A stretch of DNA of 64,000 nucleotides. Source: Candidatus Yanofskybacteria bacterium (GTDB taxonomy: Bacteria; Patescibacteriota; Minisyncoccia; 2-02-FULL-40-12; IGHO2-01-FULL-4-A). The notes under the pieces were generated by a model. It was not told where the DNA came from, ran no database searches, and was given only the letters and a program-made list of their open reading frames with translations. Position numbers and translations under genes: made by a program. Location of the stretch: the NCBI GenBank assembly GCA_016181175.1, contig JACOZV010000001.1, positions 259,519 through 323,518 of the forward strand. Direction: 5' to 3'. This document shows positions 49,140 through 57,879 of the stretch, one piece after another (the first letter of the stretch is position 1; each line of letters begins with the position of its first letter).

Positions 49140-50828
49140 ATGAACGTAGTGAATGACAATCCAGTCGTATTATTTGGTGAAACTAACTTTCGCAATAAGA
49201 AAGTGACTTTTGGTGTTAAGATGGATGACCGCCGCCGCCATATGTATGTAATCGGTAAAACCGGTATGGGCAAATCAGAACTGCTCAAAAATATTGCCAT
49301 ACAGGATATTCAGGATGGCAGGGGGCTTGCTTTTGTTGATCCGCACGGGGATCCTGTTGAAGACCTGTTTGATTACATTCCAGAAGACAGAATAAAAGAT
49401 GTTATTTATATAAATCCTGCCGATTTGGAATATCCGATTGCTTTCAATGTCATGGAACAAGTTGATCCAGACAAGCGCCACCTGGTTGCTGACGGTGTGA
49501 TGGGCGTATTCAAAAAAATATGGGTTGACGTATGGTCGCCGCGCATGGAATACATCCTCAATAACACCATCTTGGCTTTGTTGGAAACTCCGGATGCGAC
49601 ACTGCTTGGCATTAATAGAATGCTTGCCGAGAAGGAATATCGGGCAAAAGTTGTGAATCAGCTAACTGATCCGGTTGTAAAAGCGTTTTGGACTGAAGAA
49701 TTTGCCAAATACGCCGACAGATTTGCTTCGGAGGCAACAGCGGCGATACAAAACAAAGTTGGTCAGTTCGTATCCTCATCTTTAATCCGCAACATTATTG
49801 GCCAATCGAAATCCACGCTTGATATGCGAAAAATTATGGACGACGGTAAGATTCTGCTGGTCAATATTTCAAAGGGAAGAATCGGCGAAGATGCCTCGCG
49901 ATTGCTTGGTGCGTTGATTATCACCAAAATTCAGCTTGCGGCAATGTCTCGTGTTGACATGCCAGAGCGGGAGCGCAAGGATTTTATACTTATGGTAGAC
50001 GAATTCCAGAATTTTGCCACTGCTTCATTCGCCAATATTTTATCGGAGGCCCGCAAATATCATTTAAGTTTGGTTATTGCACACCAGTATGTTGCACAAA
50101 TGGACGAAGGTGTCAGAGATGCGGTTTTTGGCAATGTGGGAACAATTGTTTCTTTTAGAGTGGGCGCAGAAGATGCAGAATTACTGGAAAAAGAATTAGC
50201 GCCGGAATTCATGGCAACCGATATAGTTAATCTAGGCAAAAGGCAGATATATTTGAAGCTTATGATTGACGGTGTGGCGTCGCGCGCTTTTTCAGCAATG
50301 ACGATGGATACAATTAAACGCTTACCCATCGGTTATCGCCAAAGAATTATCGACTATTCAAGAGAACATTATTCTGCTCGCCGTGAAGATGTGGAGAAAA
50401 AAATTGCTGACTGGCATGCCCCGGTAACTGCTGATATTAGCAGATTCGACAAATCCACCGCGGGCAGATTTTATGATGAACGTCCGCAACGCGAAATGCG
50501 TTCGCCACGCCCAAATTATGGCGAGTCAAACCGATTCGATACTCTTCCAACACGATTTGAACCCAGACCCCAAGTTTTTCAGCATCGTCCCGCACCCAGC
50601 GAGGTTAGGGCCGTGCCTGGACCCATGCGATCTAATCCCATTGCTTCATCTAAACCACCAATTAAACCAATTTCTTTTTCAGAAGCCATAAAAAGCGGTC
50701 CTGTTGATTTTAAGGGGCGCAAACTTGAGCCAAAAACAGTTGTGCCGCGACCAAAAGTTGAAGTTGATGTCGGTGGATTGCGTAAGATTCTGGAAGAGAG
50801 CATGAACAAAGAAGAAAGCCCTGATTAG
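49140..50828 (+). CDS. TraG/VirD4/HerA-like P-loop ATPase
   Basis: HMYVIGKTGMGKS, DPHGD, VDEFQNF, SEARKY, AHQY. Confidence 0.85.
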   Translation: MNVVNDNPVVLFGETNFRNKKVTFGVKMDDRRRHMYVIGKTGMGKSELLKNIAIQDIQDGRGLAFVDPHGDPVEDLFDYIPEDRIKDVIYINPADLEYPIAFNVMEQVDPDKRHLVADGVMGVFKKIWVDVWSPRMEYILNNTILALLETPDATLLGINRMLAEKEYRAKVVNQLTDPVVKAFWTEEFAKYADRFASEATAAIQNKVGQFVSSSLIRNIIGQSKSTLDMRKIMDDGKILLVNISKGRIGEDASRLLGALIITKIQLAAMSRVDMPERERKDFILMVDEFQNFATASFANILSEARKYHLSLVIAHQYVAQMDEGVRDAVFGNVGTIVSFRVGAEDAELLEKELAPEFMATDIVNLGKRQIYLKLMIDGVASRAFSAMTMDTIKRLPIGYRQRIIDYSREHYSARREDVEKKIADWHAPVTADISRFDKSTAGRFYDERPQREMRSPRPNYGESNRFDTLPTRFEPRPQVFQHRPAPSEVRAVPGPMRSNPIASSKPPIKPISFSEAIKSGPVDFKGRKLEPKTVVPRPKVEVDVGGLRKILEESMNKEESPD

Positions 50829-50884
50829 GCAAACCCTGGAGTTACATCAAAAATTACAAATTTAATTAGCAAAAAAGATTATTT

Positions 50885-50952
50885 GCCGGCTACGCGCACG
50901 TGTTTTGCTGGCCCTCTTGGACAGGCGCAAAACGCGCGCGCCTCCGCCGGTA
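50885..50952. repeat. Intergenic GC-rich palindrome
   Basis: TGCCGGC..GCGCACGTGTTTTGC / GCAAAACGCGCGCGC..GCCGGTA. Confidence 0.5.
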
Positions 50953-51077
50953 AGTAACATCCTCTGCTTAGCAATTATGGGAGTGATAAAAACCGCCGAT
51001 TGGTATCGGCTTTTGTTTTGTAATTTTTGATGATAGCAATTTGATTTTTTGTATTTTTTGATATTTAATCAAAGGTA

Positions 51078-52364
51078 ATGGCTACTCATAAATGGATTCC
51101 GTGGCCGGGCATAGGACAGGTGGACAAGGGGAGCATCTCTCCGGTTGTAGACAATCATTTTTTCCGACGTTTGAGCGATAAGCGCCAGCTCGCTTTCAGT
51201 TACTTGGTTTTTCCCGGGGCGACACATGACCGCCGTCAGCATTCAATGGGCGCTTACATTAAAACTTGCGAGTTTACCGCGCGGATGGTTGAGCGCGGTT
51301 TTTTAACCAAAAAACAAGCCTTGAACCTCGGCCTTTACGCACTGTTACACGATATCGGCCACGGTCCCTTTTCTCATATTATAGAACCGTTTACCAAGAT
51401 TAACCACAAGGAATACGGCCTTAAGATTGTGGATAGGATGACGGATGATATTAAAAAATGCGGCGGTGATATTAAGCTGATAAAAAGCTATATGAAAAAA
51501 AAGGATCCGGCTTGGCGGATAGTCAGCGATAAGAATTTTGGCATGGAAAAAATGGATTACCTGGTTCGCGATCAAGAAGCGACAGAATTCGGCCCTAATA
51601 TACGTCGCTGTGTGGAGAGCGTTTTTAACCATTTGGAATATAAAAACGGCAGTCTTACGGTTGATTTAAAAGCGTTGGATGCGGCTATTGAAATACAGAG
51701 AGCTTACATCTATTTTTACAGAAACGTTCATCTGGAGAAAAGCGCCTATTTAATCCAGCGTTTTATGCAGAAGCTGATGTACAGATTACTCAATACGCCC
51801 AAAAAACTCGGTGGGATTACCGAAGACGAGCTGTGGGAGATGGTAGACGGCGACTTGATTCATGCTTTGAAAAAATGCCGTGACGAGACCGTCAGAAATG
51901 GCATAGCGATTTTTGATAACGGTGTGCGCCATTTTCCAAAGACTGCTTTGGCAATCCGTTTAACAGGATATAAGTGGCTTGAACGGCGCGCTGGCAAGCA
52001 GATAAAGGTTGTTGAAGCTGATAAGAAATTTTTTGATAAGTTTTTTGTAAAATCCAGCGCCGCCGATTTGGAAAAAATAGAAACAGCAATTGCCAAATTG
52101 TTGGGCATAGAAAGTTGGAAAATGGCCGTAAGCCATATAGTGGAGAAAAACCGCTTTATTCCAGAGGATATTTTATTTTTTGACGGACCGAAAACTTATT
52201 CATTAAAACAGCAAGATCCGAGTTATTTTGAACTTCTTGAAAAAGAATTGGATAAATATTTGTGTGTCAGGGTCTGCGTGGTGCCTGAACATCGCCAGGC
52301 GCTATATTCCAAATGGAAAGAAGTTTTTGATCTTGTTTGCAAATATGTTGGTCATAAACCATAA
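51078..52364 (+). CDS. HD-domain phosphohydrolase (SAMHD1/dNTP triphosphohydrolase-like)
   Basis: RL...QL..LVFPGATH.R..HSMG, LLHDIGHGPFSH, MDYLVRD. Confidence 0.85.
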   Translation: MATHKWIPWPGIGQVDKGSISPVVDNHFFRRLSDKRQLAFSYLVFPGATHDRRQHSMGAYIKTCEFTARMVERGFLTKKQALNLGLYALLHDIGHGPFSHIIEPFTKINHKEYGLKIVDRMTDDIKKCGGDIKLIKSYMKKKDPAWRIVSDKNFGMEKMDYLVRDQEATEFGPNIRRCVESVFNHLEYKNGSLTVDLKALDAAIEIQRAYIYFYRNVHLEKSAYLIQRFMQKLMYRLLNTPKKLGGITEDELWEMVDGDLIHALKKCRDETVRNGIAIFDNGVRHFPKTALAIRLTGYKWLERRAGKQIKVVEADKKFFDKFFVKSSAADLEKIETAIAKLLGIESWKMAVSHIVEKNRFIPEDILFFDGPKTYSLKQQDPSYFELLEKELDKYLCVRVCVVPEHRQALYSKWKEVFDLVCKYVGHKP

Positions 52365-52398
52365 AACCGGCTTAAGCCGGTTTTATGGTTTATGAGGG

Positions 52399-52671
52399 TC
52401 CGTCCACCAGGAATCGAACCTGGAACCTTCTCCTTAAAAGGGAGCTGTCCTGGTTTTGTAAACAAAATCGAGGATTCTCGATACAAAGTCCGTCCACCAG
52501 GAATCGAACCTGGAACCTTCTCCTTAAAAGGGAGCTGCTCTACCAATTGAGCTATGGACGGACTTTGTATCGGAACTCTTCCGGGGAATTTTTTGACGGA
52601 AATCGAGACGATTTCCTAAAATTACCGTCAAAGCCAAGCAGTTGGTTTTGACCCAACTGAGCTAAGGGCGG
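52399..52671 (-). pseudogene. Outer, interrupted tRNA-Lys(UUU) gene in three pieces
   Basis: 5' piece CCGCCCTTAGCTCAGTTGG (52671-52653), AGAG (52579-52576), 3' piece 52447-52399 identical to the inner tRNA. Confidence 0.65.
52489..52561 (-). tRNA. tRNA-Lys (anticodon UUU), intact, no encoded CCA
   Basis: CCGTCCA/TGGACGG acceptor stem, GCTC/GAGC D arm, CTTTTAA anticodon loop, CCAGG-TTCGATT-CCTGG T arm. Confidence 0.92.
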
Positions 52672-52679
52672 AAAGTAAC

Positions 52680-52708
52680 ATTCTAGCATAGAAAACGAGT
52701 TTACTCAA
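52680..52708 (-). promoter_or_regulatory. Sigma-70 promoter of the tRNA locus
   Basis: TTGAGT-17 nt-TAGAAT with an extended TG, 8 nt upstream of the outer tRNA 5' end. Confidence 0.7.
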
Positions 52709-52864
52709 TAAAAAAGCCTCGTGTGCATGAGCTACACGAGGCTTGCCAGTTCAGTATGGAACTTGACGGTTTACTGCTTGGGGCTTGTCCGAGGAATACT
52801 CATGTCTAGCCCGAGCTCTCTTGCCGTTTTGGTGGATAGCACAGTCAGCACTATCCTGTTGTGA

Positions 52865-53938
52865 TTACTTTTGTGGCAATTGGAGAAAAGGAATAGCTCC
52901 ACCACCATTGTAGGTCGGTAGGTTGCCGTTCCATTTGACGATCGCCTGGCCTTGTAGCTCTAGGCGTCGCCACTCCAGGAGTGTTGGCGAGAGCGAACTC
53001 GTGAGGATCTTGTTTGACTCCGCTTCGCCTTCGGCTGCTGCGATTCGTTTCTGTGCCTCTGCCCTAGAGGTTCGCAATTGGTTCTCCGCCATGATGGCTT
53101 GCTGGATGGCCCTTACCTTTTCGTTGATTGCGTCCACAACTGCTTGAGGTGGTCGTGGTGCACCAATGAAACCGAACTGATCGAGAATTACCCCCTGCGG
53201 CTCCAGTTCTTCTTGGAGGGCCTTCCTGGTATCTGCCAGGAACTTAGCGTTGTCGCCCATGATGTCCTCTATTTTATACTTGCCGGCTATGTTGTCGAAC
53301 TTCTCGCGGGCCATGTTACGGAGAAAACCGTGCGTAAACGTTTGCAGATCGTCAGACCTGAACTTGACGTAAAATGCAGGCACTTTCTCTGCAACGAGAT
53401 GGTAGGCCAAACTGATGTCCGCGTCCACCTTCATCTGGTCACCGGTGGTGAACGTAATTTCCTCATTCACCGGATTTCCTTCTTCAAGCGACTTTGTCCA
53501 GGCCACTGTTTGGACGAAGGTAGGATATTCCTCAATTTCTGTCGAAATCGGGTTGTAAAATACCCAGCCCGTTTTCAATGTGAAGTCCTGAACTCCACGC
53601 TGGCTGCCAGCAAGATCCACTTCAATCCCCACATGGCCAGGGCCGATCCGCGTACAGCCACTGCCGGCTAGCATTGAAGAAGCAACCGCCAAAATAATGA
53701 CGGCTGACCTTACGTTGTCTTCCCTCTGCTCGCCAGTCAGGCATGGCTTCAGTATCCTTTTGCAGTAGTAGAATCCGCAAATTCCGACTGTGAGCAGAAT
53801 CGCTACACCCTCGACGACGCCAGCGTCGCTCGGTGAGTTGATCAGAGCGAAAGCGAAGTTAACGACCCGGATGGCGACAAGACCTAAAACGATCGTCAGA
53901 ACAACGGTTCAGACACTAAACTTCTTTCGTATCCGCAT
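52865..53938 (-). pseudogene. SPFH/band 7 (prohibitin) membrane protein with an in-frame TGA at codon 10
   Basis: PGHVGI.V, R.P..V..AI..K..A.Q, EA.K.IA.AEGEA, KWNG.LP; AGGAG-preceded ATG at 53938 is in frame except for TGA at 53911-53909. Confidence 0.75.
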
Positions 53939-54065
53939 GAGATTTCTCCTTCTGCTATTTTTAGGCCTTTTGCCTCGGCATAGCTACCAGTTTGGTTGTC
54001 AGCGAACTACTTCTACATTCTAACAAACAGCTACATTTTTGTCAAACAAGACAACGACTCAAAAA

Positions 54066-56072
54066 TTATAACTGTTTTCGGAGCTTAAGCATCTGTTCCC
54101 GCAGATACATCGCCTTTTCAAATTTGAGTTCTTTGACTGCCCGTTCCATTTCTTTTTGCAGGCGTTCTACTTGCATTGTGGGCGTTAGATGTTCTATTTC
54201 TTTTTCTTTGTCGGATAAATCATAACTATACCACTTGCTGATTCGTGCTTTTTTTGCCGAAGGTAAATCCGAGCGTTTAACCGCTTTTTGTATGGATGTA
54301 GGAGTAACGCCATGCTTGCGATTATATTCTTCCTGCACCTTGCGCCTGCGTTCCGTTTCTTTTATTGCATTAGCCATTGAACGCGTTATTTTGTCGGCAT
54401 ACATAATGACATGGCCGTCCAAATGCCGTGCCGCACGGCCCATGGTCTGTATCAATGTGGTGGCGTTGCGCAGAAAACCTTCTTTATCGGCATCCAAAAT
54501 TGCGATCAATGAGACTTCCGGTAAGTCCAACCCTTCCCGAAGCAAATTAACGCCGACAATGACATCATAGTTACCAAGTCGCAGGTCATGTATAATCTCA
54601 AGCCGTTGGAGAGTTTTGATTTCTGAATGTATGTAGTTGACCTTGATACCGTTGTCGGCCAAGTGTTCCGACAAATCCTCGGCCATTCTTTTGGTAAGTG
54701 TTGTAACCAAAATTCTCTGGCCATTAGTTATACGTTTTTTTATTTCACCGAGCAGATGTTTTATTTGATTTTTGGTTGGTCTGATTTCAATAGTCGGATC
54801 AAGTAGTCCGGTAGGTCGTACCAGTTGCTCGGCTATACCCTTTTTGCCGGATTTCTTGAGCTCATATTCCTTGGGAGTGGCTGACATATATATTGTCTGG
54901 CCGACATTTTTTTTGAATTCATCAAAACGGAGCGGACGGTTATCCAGCGCCGATGGCAAGCGGAAGCCATATTCAACTAGCGTGGCCTTGCGGGAGTAAT
55001 CGCCGGCATGCATGCCGTTTAATTGTGGGATCGTGAGGTGTGATTCGTCTATGATCGTCAAAAAGTTGCTTTTAGTTTTGAAGAAGTCAAGCATTGTAAA
55101 AGGTGGTGCGCCGGGGGTGCGGAAATCAAGGTGGCGCGAGTAATTTTCAATGCCATGGCAGTAACCGGTTTGTTTTATCATTCGGATATCGCGTTCAGTG
55201 CGTTCTTTTAGCCTGGCTGCTTCAAGGGCTAGCCCATTTCGTTCAAGTTTTTTTATGTGCCACTGAAGCTCGGTTTTTATGTTTTCAATAGCCAGATCTA
55301 TTTTATCGTCTGCGGCTATCCAGTATTTGGCCGGAAAAATTTTAGTTTCAATGATTTTCTCATATGCCGGATCTGTATAAATAAGAGAATCCAAATCCAC
55401 GCCATCGGCAACGGCGATTTTTTCTATGTGATTGTTTTTTGTTTTGATCCTTGTGATTTTGTTGCCAGTCGCCGAAACTATTTCTATTTCATCAGTTGAT
55501 TTACGAAATGTTCCTCGCTTGAGTTCTATGTCCTGGGCGTATTGTAATTTCAGTAGGGAGAATGCCAATTGTTTTAAATTTATTTTTTGTCCTTCAAAAA
55601 GGTGAAGCGACATTTTCTGGTAATCTTCGGGCGAGCCGAGGTTATAAATGCAGGAAACCGAAGCTATTACTATGACGTCATCGCGAGTCATAACTGCCTG
55701 AGTTGCCGCGTGGCGCAAGCGGTCTATTTCCTCGTTTATGCGGGCATCCTTTTCTATGTAAGTGTCGGTGTGGGGAATGTAGGCCTCGGGCTGATAGTAG
55801 TCGTAATAACTGACAAAGTAGTGAACGGAATTATGGGGGAAAAACTCCCTGAATTCCTGATAAAGTTGTGCGGCTAATGTTTTGTTGTGGGAAATGATAA
55901 GCGTCGGCTTTTTGATGTTGGCGATTACGTTAGCGATTGTGTAGGTTTTACCGCTACCAGTTACGCCGACCAAAGTTTGATGTTTTGCGCCGCGCTCAAG
56001 CCCACGAGTTAGTTTTGCTATGGCATCAGGCTGGTCGCCAGTCGGCTTGAATTTTGAGTTTAGGTTAAACAT
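54066..56072 (-). CDS. uvrB: Excinuclease ABC subunit B
   Basis: PTGDQP.AI, GVTGSGKT, YYDYYQPEAY, DESH, NLLREGLDLPEV, DADKEGFLR; likely start MFNL at 56072. Confidence 0.97.
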   Translation of the reverse strand: MFNLNSKFKPTGDQPDAIAKLTRGLERGAKHQTLVGVTGSGKTYTIANVIANIKKPTLIISHNKTLAAQLYQEFREFFPHNSVHYFVSYYDYYQPEAYIPHTDTYIEKDARINEEIDRLRHAATQAVMTRDDVIVIASVSCIYNLGSPEDYQKMSLHLFEGQKINLKQLAFSLLKLQYAQDIELKRGTFRKSTDEIEIVSATGNKITRIKTKNNHIEKIAVADGVDLDSLIYTDPAYEKIIETKIFPAKYWIAADDKIDLAIENIKTELQWHIKKLERNGLALEAARLKERTERDIRMIKQTGYCHGIENYSRHLDFRTPGAPPFTMLDFFKTKSNFLTIIDESHLTIPQLNGMHAGDYSRKATLVEYGFRLPSALDNRPLRFDEFKKNVGQTIYMSATPKEYELKKSGKKGIAEQLVRPTGLLDPTIEIRPTKNQIKHLLGEIKKRITNGQRILVTTLTKRMAEDLSEHLADNGIKVNYIHSEIKTLQRLEIIHDLRLGNYDVIVGVNLLREGLDLPEVSLIAILDADKEGFLRNATTLIQTMGRAARHLDGHVIMYADKITRSMANAIKETERRRKVQEEYNRKHGVTPTSIQKAVKRSDLPSAKKARISKWYSYDLSDKEKEIEHLTPTMQVERLQKEMERAVKELKFEKAMYLREQMLKLRKQL

Positions 56073-56086
56073 GTTATTATAAAGAC

Positions 56087-56677
56087 ATGATTGGCTATAT
56101 ATCAGGCACAATTCAGGCGATTTCAGGTAAGTATGCCATTGTTGATGTCCATGGCGTGGGTTATCGCGTGACTATGCCAACTAAAAGCCTGAATAGTATA
56201 GCAAAAATAGGGGAGACAGTCAAGCTTTTTACGCACTATCAAACCAACCCCAGAGACGGTTCGGTAGAGTTATATGGTTTTACCACACCCGAGGAACTGA
56301 ATTTCTTTGAATTGCTTACTACTGTGTCAGGTATTGGCCCAAAATCAGCCCAAGCAATATTGGCTTCAGCTGAATTGCAGACTCTACAAATTGGCATAAT
56401 CCGTGGTGACGGCGATTATTTACATAAAGTATCCGGAATTAGTGAGAAAACCGCCCACCGGCTTGTGCTTGAACTTAAAAACAAAATTATGACCGCCGAC
56501 GTCGGTGTTGTCGCAGATTCAGATGCTGGCACGGATTCGGATGCCATAGATGCTCTTGTAACTCTTGGTTACTCACAGTATCAGGCCAGAGACATACTTA
56601 AGCATGTTGGAAAAACCGCCAAGACATCGGAAGAAAAAATAAAAGAAGCACTGAGAATTCTTGGGTCTAAAAAATAA
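56087..56677 (+). CDS. ruvA: Holliday junction branch migration protein RuvA
   Basis: MIGYISG, GVGY, LYGF, VSGIGPKSA, AL..LGY. Confidence 0.95.
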   Translation: MIGYISGTIQAISGKYAIVDVHGVGYRVTMPTKSLNSIAKIGETVKLFTHYQTNPRDGSVELYGFTTPEELNFFELLTTVSGIGPKSAQAILASAELQTLQIGIIRGDGDYLHKVSGISEKTAHRLVLELKNKIMTADVGVVADSDAGTDSDAIDALVTLGYSQYQARDILKHVGKTAKTSEEKIKEALRILGSKK

Positions 56678-56759
56678 AAAGCCGCATTTCTACAGAAGTA
56701 TACTTTGCGGCCATAGGTGTGCCTACGCCAAGAGTAACTTTTGGCAGGTTCCAGGTTTG

Positions 56760-56855
56760 TTACTGGAACAATGCCCAAACAACTACTGCTATTGAGGCAA
56801 TACCTGCGAGAGCACTAATGATCGCGGCCCACCTTACTAATTCTTTGTTATTCAT
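56760..56855 (-). CDS. Unannotated 31-aa single-TM peptide
   Basis: MNNKELVRWAAIISALAGIASIAVVVWALFQ with a GAGGAGGGG RBS. Confidence 0.6.
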   Translation of the reverse strand: MNNKELVRWAAIISALAGIASIAVVVWALFQ

Positions 56856-56903
56856 TTAGCCCCCTCCTCTTTGTTAGTATTAGTATATCAAATAAGTTAC
56901 GAT

Positions 56904-57818
56904 ATGTCAATATTTCTGCAATCCAAACAATGGATGGAATTTCAAAAGTCGCTGGGGCGGGAGGTTTTTGAATATGAGAAAGGGGGGATATCAGCCAAGA
57001 TAATAAAGCATGATTTACCACTCGGCAAGAATTACTTATACATTCCCTATGGGCCGGATATGGATTTTAACCAAATGATCGGCGGGTTCAAAAATCCGGT
57101 TGCTAATTTTGTCGGGTGGCTGCGCGAAGAAGCCAAAATGCGCAAATCTATTTTTGTAAAAATTGAACCGATGACCGACGGCGTGGCACAGGTATTGGCT
57201 GAACATAAATTTAAAAAATCTAAAAAAGAAGTCCAGCCTAGCAAAACTGTGGTTATTGATTTAAGCAAAGGCGAGGAAGAGTTACTTGCCGAGATGCACC
57301 ACAAAACCCGCTATAACATTGGGGTCGCTGACAGGCACGGCGTGGTTGTTGGCGAGCATAGCGACTCAGATTCTTTCTTGGGCTTACTTAAAAAAACTAC
57401 TAAAAGAGATAAGTTCAATCCGCACCCAGCTGATTATTATAAAAAACTTTTTGATTGCAGAGAATTGCAAACCAAACTATATTTTGCCAATCACAACGGT
57501 AAACCTGTTGCGGCGGCTTTAGTTTTAGTTTTTGGCGATACCGGTTACTATCTCCATGGCGCGTCAGACTATGAGTATCGGTCGTTGATGGCGCCCTATG
57601 CCCTTCATTGGCACATAATTAAACAATTAAAAACTGAAGGATTGAAACAGTATGACTTTTGGGGTATAGATGCCCGTAAGTGGCCCGGCGTCACCCGTTT
57701 CAAGCTGGGCTGGGGAGGTAAAACCGTTGAATACCCGGGTTCATTCAATTTGCCTATTTCTAAGTTTTGGTATATGGTTTATAAAATAACTCAAAAGTTG
57801 TCAGTAATACGCATTTGA
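56904..57818 (+). CDS. FemAB/FemX-family peptidoglycan bridge aminoacyltransferase
   Basis: FLQS..W..F, YIPYGP, KTRYNI, YLHGAS, YDFWGI, GVTRFK.GWGG. Confidence 0.9.
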   Translation: MSIFLQSKQWMEFQKSLGREVFEYEKGGISAKIIKHDLPLGKNYLYIPYGPDMDFNQMIGGFKNPVANFVGWLREEAKMRKSIFVKIEPMTDGVAQVLAEHKFKKSKKEVQPSKTVVIDLSKGEEELLAEMHHKTRYNIGVADRHGVVVGEHSDSDSFLGLLKKTTKRDKFNPHPADYYKKLFDCRELQTKLYFANHNGKPVAAALVLVFGDTGYYLHGASDYEYRSLMAPYALHWHIIKQLKTEGLKQYDFWGIDARKWPGVTRFKLGWGGKTVEYPGSFNLPISKFWYMVYKITQKLSVIRI

Positions 57819-57843
57819 CGAATCAAGCCAGTTCTCATATGCT
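57815..57843 (+). promoter_or_regulatory. Putative sigma-70 promoter of arc
   Basis: TTGACG-17 nt-TATGCT. Confidence 0.55.
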
Positions 57844-57879
57844 TTTTTATTATTAGTACTTTTATAACTGGAGAGTGAT

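Noticed and set aside
47780-50828. Conjugative element or type IV secretion system
   Set aside because: Only a lone TraG/HerA-like ATPase and its partner in housekeeping context; no relaxase or VirB genes.
52398-52537. Prophage or island att site at tRNA-Lys
   Set aside because: The duplicated 3' halves are only 90 bp apart with no integrase; the interrupted-tRNA model explains more of the sequence, though an att remnant is not fully excluded.
52352-52651. ORFs 52352..52546 and 52385..52651 with duplicated peptides
   Set aside because: They are shadows of the duplicated tRNA-Lys sequence.
53078-53671. 197-aa plus-strand ORF and other antisense ORFs in the track
   Set aside because: They lie antisense to well-supported genes and have no recognisable motifs.
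53909-53911. Genome-wide TGA recoding (code 25 or 4)
   Set aside because: TGA terminates conserved genes at their expected ends (secA, hpf) and no other long gene has an internal TGA.
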